A stretch of DNA of 64,000 nucleotides, taken from IMG/VR virus record IMGVR_UViG_2912765049_000001, positions 64,001 through 128,000 of that record. The stretch is one strand, 5' to 3'. A program made the translations under genes and the position numbers. The notes below the pieces were generated by a model. It ran no database searches, had not been told where the DNA came from, and saw only the letters and a list, made by a program, of their open reading frames with translations. Of the stretch, positions 47,415 through 56,114 are shown piece after piece. The stretch comes from a virus. Taxonomy: Duplodnaviria > Caudoviricetes. Every line of letters starts with the position of its first letter. Position 1 is the first letter of the stretch.

Positions 47415-48692
47415 TCAGTCGTCCTGGTCGGGGAGGGTGAAGTCGTGCGGCTCGCCGGTGGACTTGAGCACGGGCTGTTCGCCGGTGTGTTCCTGGTAGC
47501 GGCGGCAGATGACGTCGGCGTACCGGGGGTCGAGCTCGACGACGCGGGCCGAGCGGCCGGTGACGTGCGCGGCGATGAGCGTGGACCCGGAGCCGCCGAA
47601 CGGCTCGTAGACCAGCCCGTCGGGGCGGCACGAGTTGCGCAGGCCGGCGGTGATGAGGTCGACGGGTTTGGAGGTGGGGTGCTCGGCGTTGCGCGCGGGC
47701 TTGGGCACCTCGAACACCGTGGTCTGCGCGTTGTCGCCGTACCAGCGCTCCCCGCCACGGCCCAGCCGCCCGGACCCGGCCGGCGCGTCGGTGAACCCGT
47801 ACAGGATCGGCTCGTGCCGGTAGTGGTAGTCCGACCGGCCCAGGACCATGGTGTCCTTGGCCCAGATCAGGTTCTGCCGCACCAGCCACCCGGCGTCCGT
47901 CATCGCGGTCTCGAAGGTGATGCGGGCGGTGTCGGCGTGCGCGACGTAGACGGGCGCGCCGGGCTTGAGGGCGACGGTGGCCACCGCGAAGGCGCCGGCC
48001 AGCAGTTCGGGCAGGTCGGTGGCCCCGTCGTTCTGGATGGTCAGCGCGTCCTTGGTCTTGCCGACGTAGTCGACGCCGTACGGCGGGTCGGTCCACATCG
48101 CGTCGCAGCGGTCGCCGTCGAGCATCTCCTCGACGGCCGCGACGTCGGTGGAGTCGCCGACCAGGAGGCGGTGGCGGCCGAGGATCCAGACGTCGCCGAC
48201 CTGGGAGTGCGGGTCGGCCGGGGCATCGGGGATGTCGTCGGGGTCGGTGAGCGCGGCGGGCTCTTCCTCGGTACCCAGCAGGGCGGAGACATCTTCGGCG
48301 GTGTAGCCGGTGCCGTCGAGGTCTCCGTCGAGGTAGGAGAGCAGGTCCGCCAGGGCGTCGTTGTCGTACGTGCCGAGCTCGGCGAGCCGGTTGTCGGCGA
48401 GGTTGATGCGGCGGGCCTGGTCGTCGTCGCACTCGATGACCTCGCACCGGGCGGCGGCGTAGCCCTCGGCCTTGAGGGCGTCGTGGGTGTGGTTGCCGGC
48501 CAGGATGACGTACTGGTCCTCGCCCAGGGCGCGCACCACCAGGGAGCGGTACTGGCCGTGGCGGCGCAGCGAGCCGCGGATGGCGTCGATGTCGCCGCGC
48601 CGGGGGTTGCCGGGGAACCGCTCGAGCTGGTCGAAGGGGATCTCGCGGGTGCCGAGGTAGGTCACCGCGGCGGTGGGCGTGGGGGTGCCCAT
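47415..48692 (-). CDS. ParB-like domain fused to an N6A/N4C DNA methyltransferase (beta class)
   Basis: PGNPRRGD, WTDPPY, HPTSKPV, EPFGGSGST. Confidence 0.9.
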   Translation of the reverse strand: MGTPTPTAAVTYLGTREIPFDQLERFPGNPRRGDIDAIRGSLRRHGQYRSLVVRALGEDQYVILAGNHTHDALKAEGYAAARCEVIECDDDQARRINLADNRLAELGTYDNDALADLLSYLDGDLDGTGYTAEDVSALLGTEEEPAALTDPDDIPDAPADPHSQVGDVWILGRHRLLVGDSTDVAAVEEMLDGDRCDAMWTDPPYGVDYVGKTKDALTIQNDGATDLPELLAGAFAVATVALKPGAPVYVAHADTARITFETAMTDAGWLVRQNLIWAKDTMVLGRSDYHYRHEPILYGFTDAPAGSGRLGRGGERWYGDNAQTTVFEVPKPARNAEHPTSKPVDLITAGLRNSCRPDGLVYEPFGGSGSTLIAAHVTGRSARVVELDPRYADVICRRYQEHTGEQPVLKSTGEPHDFTLPDQDD

Positions 48693-48813
48693 GGCAGCTC
48701 CGTCCACCCCCACAGTGCCGTGATCCATTTTCCCCGACCCCGGCGGTGACCTGGGCGGGCGTCAAGTGGCCCGGAGCGGCGGGCGGTTCGGCAAAAGATC
48801 ATGCCCCCTCCCC

Positions 48814-48843
48814 TTCCAACCTTACAACGCTTCGTTGTATAGT
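48814..48843 (+). promoter_or_regulatory. Operator/promoter copy 8
   Basis: TTACAAC-GCTTC-GTTGTA-TAGT. Confidence 0.82.
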
Positions 48844-48879
48844 TGGGGTGTGAGGACGACCCGCCCCCAGGAGGCAGAG

Positions 48880-49230
48880 ATGCAGCGCACCGCCGGACAC
48901 ACCCACTGCCTCCGCTGCGACCGCGTCCTGCGCTCCCCCCGCTCCGCCGCCCTCGGCTACGGCCCGACCTGCCTGCGCAAGGTCAAGGCCGCCGCCCTCG
49001 CCCACGCGCGGACCGGCAGCCACAAGCCCGCCCAGGTCGCGAAGGCCACCGAGCTGATCGAGATGGGCGGCCTGGTCCGCCTGCGCGCCCGCCGGGTCTT
49101 CCAGGTGGTCGCCTCCGACGGGATCACCACCTACAAGACCGCCCCGCAGGCGTGCACCTGCCCGGCCGGACTGCGCGGCCAGCACACCTGCTACCACCGG
49201 ATCGCCGCCCAGATCGTCGCCGCCGCCTGA
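48880..49230 (+). CDS. DUF6011-like Zn finger plus SWIM-type Zn finger protein
   Basis: CLRCDRVLRSPRS..LGYGPTC and CTCPAG....CYH; AGGAGG RBS. Confidence 0.75.
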   Translation: MQRTAGHTHCLRCDRVLRSPRSAALGYGPTCLRKVKAAALAHARTGSHKPAQVAKATELIEMGGLVRLRARRVFQVVASDGITTYKTAPQACTCPAGLRGQHTCYHRIAAQIVAAA

Positions 49231-49268
49231 CCGGCGGCGGCCCGACGGGCCGGACAGAGAGGAACACC

Positions 49269-49739
49269 GTGACCGACTCCGACGCCTACGAGATCGACTG
49301 GAACGACGGGAACCAGGAGATCGCCGAATCCGTGATGTGGGCCGCCGACGAGCGCAAGCCGCTTCTCGTCACGACCCCCAAGGGCGAGATCGTCCGCCTG
49401 GTCCCCGAGACCGCCCCCGAGACCGAGGCCGCAACGCCCGCCGCTCTGGAGGGCGTCGTGGCCCACCCGATCGTCGAAGAGCGCAACAGGTCCCTTCGGG
49501 TCACCGGTGCCCCGAACGTGACGGACTTCTTCGGCGTCACCCTCGCCCCGCAGTCGGTGTACCTGAAGTACCGCCGGCCCACGGGCGAGGAGCCGATGCT
49601 GGAGATGGCGTACGTCAACGGCTACCGCGTGCCGGGCACCAACAAGCCGGAGGAGTACACCACCATCACCTTCATCCCCGGCACCCACGACCTGCCCGCC
49701 TGGCTTGCCGCCCTGGTCGACGCCCACATGCCGTGGTGA
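49269..49739 (+). CDS. Hypothetical protein
   Basis: GAGGAA RBS before GTG (VTDSDAYEIDW). Confidence 0.65.
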   Translation: MTDSDAYEIDWNDGNQEIAESVMWAADERKPLLVTTPKGEIVRLVPETAPETEAATPAALEGVVAHPIVEERNRSLRVTGAPNVTDFFGVTLAPQSVYLKYRRPTGEEPMLEMAYVNGYRVPGTNKPEEYTTITFIPGTHDLPAWLAALVDAHMPW

Positions 49740-49936
49740 CCCTCCCCCGGTCGTCCAGCCGGCACCGCCCCTCGCCCCGCCCGCCGGCGGGGCGTTCGGC
49801 TTTCCCCCTGCGGTGCCGGCATCGGCGCAGCACAGGGCCGGTTTTCCGGGGTTGCAAGTCCTGCCCGAGCGGAGTGATGAATGGGCCGCCGCCACCCCGG
49901 CGGCATCAACTCCCCTACGAGAAGCAGGAGTTCGCC

Positions 49937-50461
49937 ATGTCTGTCGAGGTCACCAACGAGGTCCGTGCACGGTACGGCCGGGCGCTGCTCGCGTACTACG
50001 ACGACGCCCGGGCCGCCCTCGGGCACGAGCCCAGCGCCCGGGAGGACGTCGGCCTGGTGTGGGCGGCCTGCGCCCGGGGCGGCAGCCAGGACCGGTGGGA
50101 CGCGGTACGGGCCGAGGACCTGGCGGCGGACGCCGACTGGGCGTGCGAGGTCCTGGGCGACCTGGTCTCCAACCTCTTCCACGCGGCCGACGGGATCGTG
50201 ATCCCCCGGCTGCTGCTGGACGCGGTGGCCGCCTCGGAGAGCCGGGGCGAGGCCGCCTGGGGCGAGGCCGCCCGTACGGAGGCGTGGCGCCTGCTGGGTG
50301 AGCGGGGCCCGCGGTTCGCCCGCCTCCTGATCGCGATGCGCCGGGCCCTGCTGACGGTCCATGACGTCGACGCCGACGGTCTGTTCGAGGGGGCCCGCAG
50401 CGCCTTCGAGGCCGAGGTCGAGGAGGAGCGGTACGACGCGGTGGCCGCCCGGCGCGCCTAG
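49937..50461 (+). CDS. Hypothetical protein
   Basis: AGGAG RBS before MSVEVTNEV; hairpin at ~50474-50500. Confidence 0.65.
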   Translation: MSVEVTNEVRARYGRALLAYYDDARAALGHEPSAREDVGLVWAACARGGSQDRWDAVRAEDLAADADWACEVLGDLVSNLFHAADGIVIPRLLLDAVAASESRGEAAWGEAARTEAWRLLGERGPRFARLLIAMRRALLTVHDVDADGLFEGARSAFEAEVEEERYDAVAARRA

Positions 50462-50606
50462 GGAGTATCCGGGCAAGTCCCCTACCGGGGCGGGGACTTG
50501 GGTTCGGGTCTGGCGTGTCTTCTCGGCACGGGGGGTTTAGAGAAGGGAATGGATGGTCCGCGCCAGACCCGAACGTGTCCGATGATCGGATCGCCCGTCG
50601 GGGCGG

Positions 50607-50915
50607 TCAAAAATCGGGGGCATCGGCGGGTGTCGTGTTCCGCATACGGTCGATCAGGGTGCGCACGTCGGGCACGTCCGCCAGGTGCTGCCCGGCCCGG
50701 GCGCAGTCCAGGGTGGGCGAGCCCGTGGCGGGCACGGGGCGGCTCCCCCGAGGCGCGGCAGGCGGGGAGGAATCGGCCCTCGAGGGGCGGCAGAGCCGCG
50801 CCGTGCCGATGGCCACGACCTTCCCGTCCTCGCGCCCGGCTGCGAGCAGCGTGACGGAAGCGGGTGCGCTGTACGTGGGGGGTCGGGCGGTGGACGCCGC
50901 CCGGGAGTCGTTCAT
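50607..50915 (-). CDS. Hypothetical protein
   Basis: GAGGAG upstream; divergent from the HTH gene. Confidence 0.4.
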   Translation of the reverse strand: MNDSRAASTARPPTYSAPASVTLLAAGREDGKVVAIGTARLCRPSRADSSPPAAPRGSRPVPATGSPTLDCARAGQHLADVPDVRTLIDRMRNTTPADAPDF

Positions 50916-51184
50916 GCCTGCTGGTCTCTCCTCAGTGTGCTCTTCCGGAAACGCACAACGAGCCGGTAAGGCCCCAGTGGTCGCCGGAGGGCATGCCTGG
51001 TGGCGGCCAGGTGACCCGGAAACGGAATGTGACTACTCTGCGCGCAAATTGTGATCCTGCCCGTCACACCTGAAGGTGTCAACTAAAGTACACAGGAACA
51101 AGATCAAGAGAGTGAGTACGTGGTTGTGAGCAGTCATCGGCGGCCAGGCGGCTTTCACGCCGTGCTCGGCAAGCCTGGTGAGCG

Positions 51185-51691
51185 GTGAGCCCAGGCCGTC
51201 CGTCCCTGGCGGACAAACTCAGGGCCCTCATGGCCAGCCGCCGGGACGCCAACGGCCGGGCGCACACATCACGTTCGCTGTCCGCCGGCGTCGACGCGCT
51301 CGAGGAAGATCACACATCGGTCTCCCATGCCGCGATCGCCAAACTGGCCAATGGCTCGCAGGACAACCCGACCATCGCGACGGTCGTGGCCTTGTGTCAG
51401 GCCCTGGGCGGAGTGCCGCCCGCGTACCTGCTCCCGCACGACAGCTACGACGACCTCACGGCGCTCGAGGTGTTCGAAGATCCCGACGCGCGCCGCGTCC
51501 TCGCCCTGTTGAATGGGCTCCCCAAGAGTGAGTGGCGAAACGTCGTTGCAGACTTGGAGCGGCGACGCGACGATCTCGGCTTGCCGCCGGTGCCGCGCAG
51601 TGAGGCCGCCGAGAAGCCGGGCCGACGGCGTCGCCGGCGCAGTAGGGACGAGGCCGCTCAGTATGCGGCCGATGCATTGGAAGGGCTCTAA
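51185..51691 (+). CDS. XRE/EspR-like HTH regulator
   Basis: LADKLRALM, VSHAAIAKLANGSQDNPT..TVVALCQAL.GVPPAYL. Confidence 0.78.
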   Translation: MSPGRPSLADKLRALMASRRDANGRAHTSRSLSAGVDALEEDHTSVSHAAIAKLANGSQDNPTIATVVALCQALGGVPPAYLLPHDSYDDLTALEVFEDPDARRVLALLNGLPKSEWRNVVADLERRRDDLGLPPVPRSEAAEKPGRRRRRRSRDEAAQYAADALEGL

Positions 51692-52459
51692 GTGGACGGC
51701 ATAGTCTTCGGGACGTGCACAGTGGCCGGCGTGCTGGTCACCTTTTTCTGCACCAGGAGGGCCGTCGGCAACCCGCGCGTGTCCACGTGGTCGATCGCGG
51801 CCGCTTTCGGCGTCTGCACCCTGGGCGTCTTCTTCGCCGTTCCCATGGTCGCCGACCTGGCGGAGGACGCCACCGGCGTCGCCAACGTCGGCAAGCTGAT
51901 CGCGCACATCTGCGCGATCCTGTGGTGCGCGGCCCTGCAGATCACCATGGTGGACCTGGCCTACCGCCCGGAGTACGTGCGGGCCGCGATGTACCAGCGG
52001 GCCTTCGCGGCCATGGTGGAACTGGCCGTCATGGTGCCGCTGTTCCTCGCGACCAACGAGCCGCGCATCGAGTTCACGACCGCGTACGCCGCGGACACCC
52101 GGGTCGCCGCGTATCTGCTGATCTACCTGGCGTATGTCATGGTCACCTGCGGTGAGCTGGCCTTCATGTGCGGCCGGACCGCACGGCGCAACTGGGGCAT
52201 CCGGCCCTGGAGCGGCGCCGGTTTCGCGCTGTCCTCCATGGCCGCGACACTGGGCATGGCCTACACGATGTCCAAGGGCTCGTACCTGATCTTCTACATC
52301 CTGGGCAATCCGTGGTCGCTGGATGTCGAGGAGGTCGTGAGCCCCGCGCTGAGCGGCCTGGCCGTGATTTTCCTCTTCCTGGGCCTGACGCTGCCCATGG
52401 TGGGCGCGTTCCGGGAACGGCTGCAGCAGGACAAGGAGCAGGAGCCTGCCGGGCTCTGA
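51692..52459 (+). CDS. Multi-pass membrane protein (MAB_1171c-like)
   Basis: About 7 TM helices, AAYLLIYLAY; abuts the EspR-like gene. Confidence 0.68.
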   Translation: MDGIVFGTCTVAGVLVTFFCTRRAVGNPRVSTWSIAAAFGVCTLGVFFAVPMVADLAEDATGVANVGKLIAHICAILWCAALQITMVDLAYRPEYVRAAMYQRAFAAMVELAVMVPLFLATNEPRIEFTTAYAADTRVAAYLLIYLAYVMVTCGELAFMCGRTARRNWGIRPWSGAGFALSSMAATLGMAYTMSKGSYLIFYILGNPWSLDVEEVVSPALSGLAVIFLFLGLTLPMVGAFRERLQQDKEQEPAGL

Positions 52460-52529
52460 CGCCGCGTCCAGGACTGTGGGCCGCACGCAACGCGCGTGCG
52501 GCCCACAGTCGTCTCCCGGGGTGCCGGGG

Positions 52530-53717
52530 TCAGCGGGAGGGGCCGGTGCCGTAGCGGACCGGCAGTTCGACCAGGCCGCGGGCGCGCAGGGAAGGCCGCC
52601 AGCGCAGTTCGCTCCCGGCCAGCTCGAGGTCCTCGAACCGGCCGAGGAGCGCGGCGAGGGCGATCTCGGTCTCCAGCCGCGCCAGCGGTGCGCCCAGGCA
52701 GTAGTGGATGCCGTGGCCGAGCGCCAGGTGGCCGGCGGCGTCACGGCCGAGGTCCAGGCGGTCGGGGTCGGAGAAGCGGTCCGGGTCGCGGTTGGCGGCG
52801 GACGGGGACAGCAGCACCGTGTCGCCCGCGGGGATCGTCACGCCGCCGATCGTCACGTCCTGGGTGGGGAAGCGGCGGATGGCGAGCAGGGCCGGGCCCT
52901 CGAAGCGGGCGAACTCCTCGACCGCGCCGGCGATCCGTGCCGGGTCCTCGCGCAGCAGGGCCATCTGGTCCGGGTGCTGCAGGAGCGCCAGGACCGCGTT
53001 GCCGATCAGCTGCACCGAGTTCTCGTATCCGGCGAAGAGGATGAGGAACGCCAAGGACATCAACTCGTCCTCGGTGAGCCGGTCGTCGTCGGCGTCCCGT
53101 ACGGCGATCAGGTCGGAGAGGAGATCGTCCGCCGGGCTGGCCCGCTTGTGGGACATGAGGTCCTTGAAGAACCCCATCATCGCCACCACGGCCTCCTTGG
53201 CGGCCTGGGGCCGGCTCGGATCGGGGGCGACCAGCGCGCTCCCCCAGGAGCGGAAGTCCCGTCGGTGGCTGTCGGGGATGCCGAGGAGTTCGCAGATCAC
53301 GGTGATCGGCAGGGGCGCCGCGTAGGCGGCGATCAGGTCGGTCGTGCCCTGCGCACCCAGCGCGTCCAGGAGCCGTTCGGCGGTGGCCGTGACCGGCTTG
53401 CGCAGCTGCTCGACCCGGCCGGGGGTGAAGGCGCGTCCGACCAGGCGGCGCAGCCGGGTGTGGTCCGGCGGATCCATGTTGAGCAGGTTGGCGTCCAGTG
53501 CCGGCGGCAGCGCCAGCCCGCGATAGCTGCCCTCCCGGGCGTGCGCCTTGTCCAGCGACAGCCGCGGGTCGGCGAGCGCGGAGCGTACGTCGTCGTACCG
53601 GGTGACGAGCCAGGCCGGTTGGCCGTCGGGCCCGGCGATGCGGTGTACGGGCGAGGCGGTGCGCAGACTCCGGTAGACGTCGTATGGGCGGGTTATCAAA
53701 TCGTCCGCAAGATCCAT
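52530..53717 (-). CDS. Cytochrome P450 (CYP107-like)
   Basis: LNMDPPDHTRLR, AGYENS, EFAR (ExxR), HLALGHGIHYCLG. Confidence 0.93.
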   Translation of the reverse strand: MDLADDLITRPYDVYRSLRTASPVHRIAGPDGQPAWLVTRYDDVRSALADPRLSLDKAHAREGSYRGLALPPALDANLLNMDPPDHTRLRRLVGRAFTPGRVEQLRKPVTATAERLLDALGAQGTTDLIAAYAAPLPITVICELLGIPDSHRRDFRSWGSALVAPDPSRPQAAKEAVVAMMGFFKDLMSHKRASPADDLLSDLIAVRDADDDRLTEDELMSLAFLILFAGYENSVQLIGNAVLALLQHPDQMALLREDPARIAGAVEEFARFEGPALLAIRRFPTQDVTIGGVTIPAGDTVLLSPSAANRDPDRFSDPDRLDLGRDAAGHLALGHGIHYCLGAPLARLETEIALAALLGRFEDLELAGSELRWRPSLRARGLVELPVRYGTGPSR

Positions 53718-54025
53718 GCGCTCACCCTATGGGTGCGGCTCGAGCGTCCGGCGGGGCAACGACAGCGGCCCCCGGCCGAGTCCCTCGAGGGGACTTCAGG
53801 CCGGGGGCCGATGCGCTCCCATCTCCCGTACTGCCCGACGAACTCAGCTGCTCCACGGCTGCATTCGTCGCCGGTTCCGCCGATGCCCGCGGCTTTCCCG
53901 GTGCTCCCCACCGTACACGAAACCCACTACGTAAGGAAGGGTTTAGTTGGGGCCTGACATGCCGGTGGCGCAGCCCCTCCCGCCGGGCTGCGCCACCATG
54001 CCGTCGTCCACCGTCTCACCGGCGG

Positions 54026-54739
54026 CTACTGCCAGGGGGCGCGTCCCGTGCCGTCCGCCCACTCCAGCAGGGCCTGCGAGCCCATCAGCTTCAGCGGCGC
54101 CTCGAGGTCGTTGTTCCAGTCGAAGGCGCTCGCGGTGAAGCCGCTCGTCGTGACGATCGCGGCCAGGTCGCAGCCGTGGGTGTCCTGGTAGGTGCCGTTC
54201 ACCTGGTACAGCACCTCGGCACTGACCTTCTTGGTCTCGGTGTACCGCTTGCACTGGATCAGCAGCCAGCGTCCGTCGGGGGTGCGGGCCTTCACGTCGC
54301 CCGCCCGGTCGTTGGCACCGCCGAGGACTTCGACCTTGGTGCAGCCGTCGCGCTGGCACAGCCGGGCGACGGCGCGTTCGAAGCCACCGGGTGACAGGGC
54401 CCGGAAGTGGTCGATGTCGGTGGGCAGTTCGCCGTGCCCGTCCAGGCGCCAGCGCCGGTAGCGGCGCCTGCCCCACAGGTAGGCGGTGGTGACGCCGGCC
54501 AGGCCGAGGACGGTCAGCAGCGCGGCGAGTATGCCGGGGTGGCGGCTGAGGTAGTCGCCGATGAACAGCAGCGCCAGGACCACGACGATGATGAGCGCGG
54601 TGCGGTCTCCGGCCGTTAAGTGGCGTCGCCAGCCGCGGCGTACCGCGCCCCGGCGGCGGCCGGCGGGGTGGCGGCGACGGCTGGTGCGGCGCGCGGGACG
54701 GCGGCGCTCGGGGTGCGGGCGGCGGGTGGTGCTGGCCAT
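54026..54739 (-). CDS. Membrane-anchored Mrr-like restriction endonuclease
   Basis: FERAVARL, GGANDRAGDV, IQCKRY, VTTSGFT; two N-terminal TM helices; TTA at 54617-54619. Confidence 0.82.
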   Translation of the reverse strand: MASTTRRPHPERRRPARRTSRRRHPAGRRRGAVRRGWRRHLTAGDRTALIIVVVLALLFIGDYLSRHPGILAALLTVLGLAGVTTAYLWGRRRYRRWRLDGHGELPTDIDHFRALSPGGFERAVARLCQRDGCTKVEVLGGANDRAGDVKARTPDGRWLLIQCKRYTETKKVSAEVLYQVNGTYQDTHGCDLAAIVTTSGFTASAFDWNNDLEAPLKLMGSQALLEWADGTGRAPWQ

Positions 54740-54804
54740 GGTGGGTCTCTCCTATCGGTTGATTCGGTTCGGGATGGTGCGCCGGGCGTACGGGTGAGGG
54801 GAGG

Positions 54805-55398
54805 TCAGTCCTCCCACCAGGTACCGGAGAAGCCACCGGAGCGCTTGCGGCGGGCGCCGCCGAAGACGATGCGCAGGAACAGGGCGCCGGCGAGGACGAC
54901 GCCGACGACCTTCAGCACGGTGATGGTCGCGCCCCACAGCGTGTGCAGGCCGGAGTCGATCGCGTCGACGATGTCGTTGCCGTACACCGCACCGACGGTG
55001 GTGACCGCGGCAACACCGGCGAGGTAGGTGGCGGCCTTGAGCTTGCGCCGGTTCCAGGTGAGCCACTGGGGCAGGGTGCGCCGCTCGCGCTCCATGAAGG
55101 CGGTGGGCAGCGAGGCCGGGTCGGGCGAGGCCGACATGGCCCGGCGCGGCGCGGCCGGCGGCGGGGTCGGCTGCTCGAGGGGAACGACCTCGCGGACCAT
55201 CTCGGTGGAGCCGTCGGTGTTGGTCTTGTGGGTCTCGCGGACCGTGTAGCCGTCGGGGACGACGAAGGGGGCGATGCCCGGGGCGACGGGGCCGGGCTGT
55301 GGGATGTGCCGGCCGGGGGTGGTGTCGCTGAGGTCGGCGAGGAGAGCCTGCGCCGTGTCGTACTCGGACTTGCTGAGCCGGACGTTGCCGTCGTTCAT
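54805..55398 (-). CDS. Membrane protein of the transfer/spread module
   Basis: Two C-terminal TM helices; in the TraB gene run. Confidence 0.62.
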   Translation of the reverse strand: MNDGNVRLSKSEYDTAQALLADLSDTTPGRHIPQPGPVAPGIAPFVVPDGYTVRETHKTNTDGSTEMVREVVPLEQPTPPPAAPRRAMSASPDPASLPTAFMERERRTLPQWLTWNRRKLKAATYLAGVAAVTTVGAVYGNDIVDAIDSGLHTLWGATITVLKVVGVVLAGALFLRIVFGGARRKRSGGFSGTWWED

Positions 55399-55402
55399 GG
55401 GG

Positions 55403-55573
55403 TCACGCTTCCTTGTCTGAAGTGGTCGGGGGCTGCGGGGCGGTGCGGGGGTGGGCCAGCGCCCGCCGCAGCGGGCTGGTGGTCGCGGTGGAGGTCGGGT
55501 CCAGGACGGCGATCAGGAGGCGTCCGTCCGGGGCGGGGACGATGACCGGCTGGTCGGCGGCGGGCTGCTGCAT
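55403..55573 (-). CDS. Small hypothetical protein
   Basis: MQQPAADQPV...; fills the gap in the operon. Confidence 0.4.
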   Translation of the reverse strand: MQQPAADQPVIVPAPDGRLLIAVLDPTSTATTSPLRRALAHPRTAPQPPTTSDKEA

Positions 55574-55581
55574 CGGGTCGG

Positions 55582-55896
55582 CTACTCGGTGTCGGGGTTG
55601 ACCGGGCGGGCGACGAACGGCAGGCGCTGTGCCCGGCTCACGTCGATCTCGGCGGCCCCGTACAGCGGGTCGGTGGGATCGCGCCAGAGGTTGCCGCCGT
55701 ACGCGGGGTCCCGTTCGCGGAGCTGGTGGACGTACCCCCGGCACAGACGCGTGTCGTGGCCGCGGACCGGCCAGCCGGAGGTGGTCGCGCACCAGGTGCA
55801 CGACGGATCGGGGCGCAGATGCCGGGCGATGACGTGGCCGAGCTGGGTCAGGCCGGCGCCGATGGCGAAGGACAACAGGACGACGAGGACGCCCAT
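55582..55896 (-). CDS. Small membrane-anchored Cys/His protein
   Basis: N-terminal TM, CTWC...H....C; AGGAAAGG RBS. Confidence 0.6.
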   Translation of the reverse strand: MGVLVVLLSFAIGAGLTQLGHVIARHLRPDPSCTWCATTSGWPVRGHDTRLCRGYVHQLRERDPAYGGNLWRDPTDPLYGAAEIDVSRAQRLPFVARPVNPDTE

Positions 55897-55916
55897 GGTC
55901 GAGAACCTTTCCTGGG

Positions 55917-56111
55917 TCAGAAGTTGATGGAGTGCAGCGCGTCGGCCATCGAGCTGAACGCGTTGGTGATGGAGGGGGCGATGCCGGTGGAGGCGAGGAA
56001 GAAGCCGAACAGCGTGGCGGCCAGGGCCGGGAGGGGGCGCAGGGTGCCCCCTCGCAGCATCACGATCACGATGATGAGCAGGAGCAGGACGGCGGAGACG
56101 GAGATGGCCAT
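55917..56111 (-). CDS. Small two-TM protein typical of actinomycete conjugative elements
   Basis: MAISVSAVLLL...FGFFLASTGIAP, directly after traB. Confidence 0.72.
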   Translation of the reverse strand: MAISVSAVLLLLIIVIVMLRGGTLRPLPALAATLFGFFLASTGIAPSITNAFSSMADALHSINF

Positions 56112-56114
56112 CGG

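Noticed and set aside
39141-48843. TACAAC...GTTGTA repeats as a CRISPR array
   Set aside because: Spacing is irregular (37 bp to about 4 kb), copies are degenerate, each precedes a gene, and no cas genes are present
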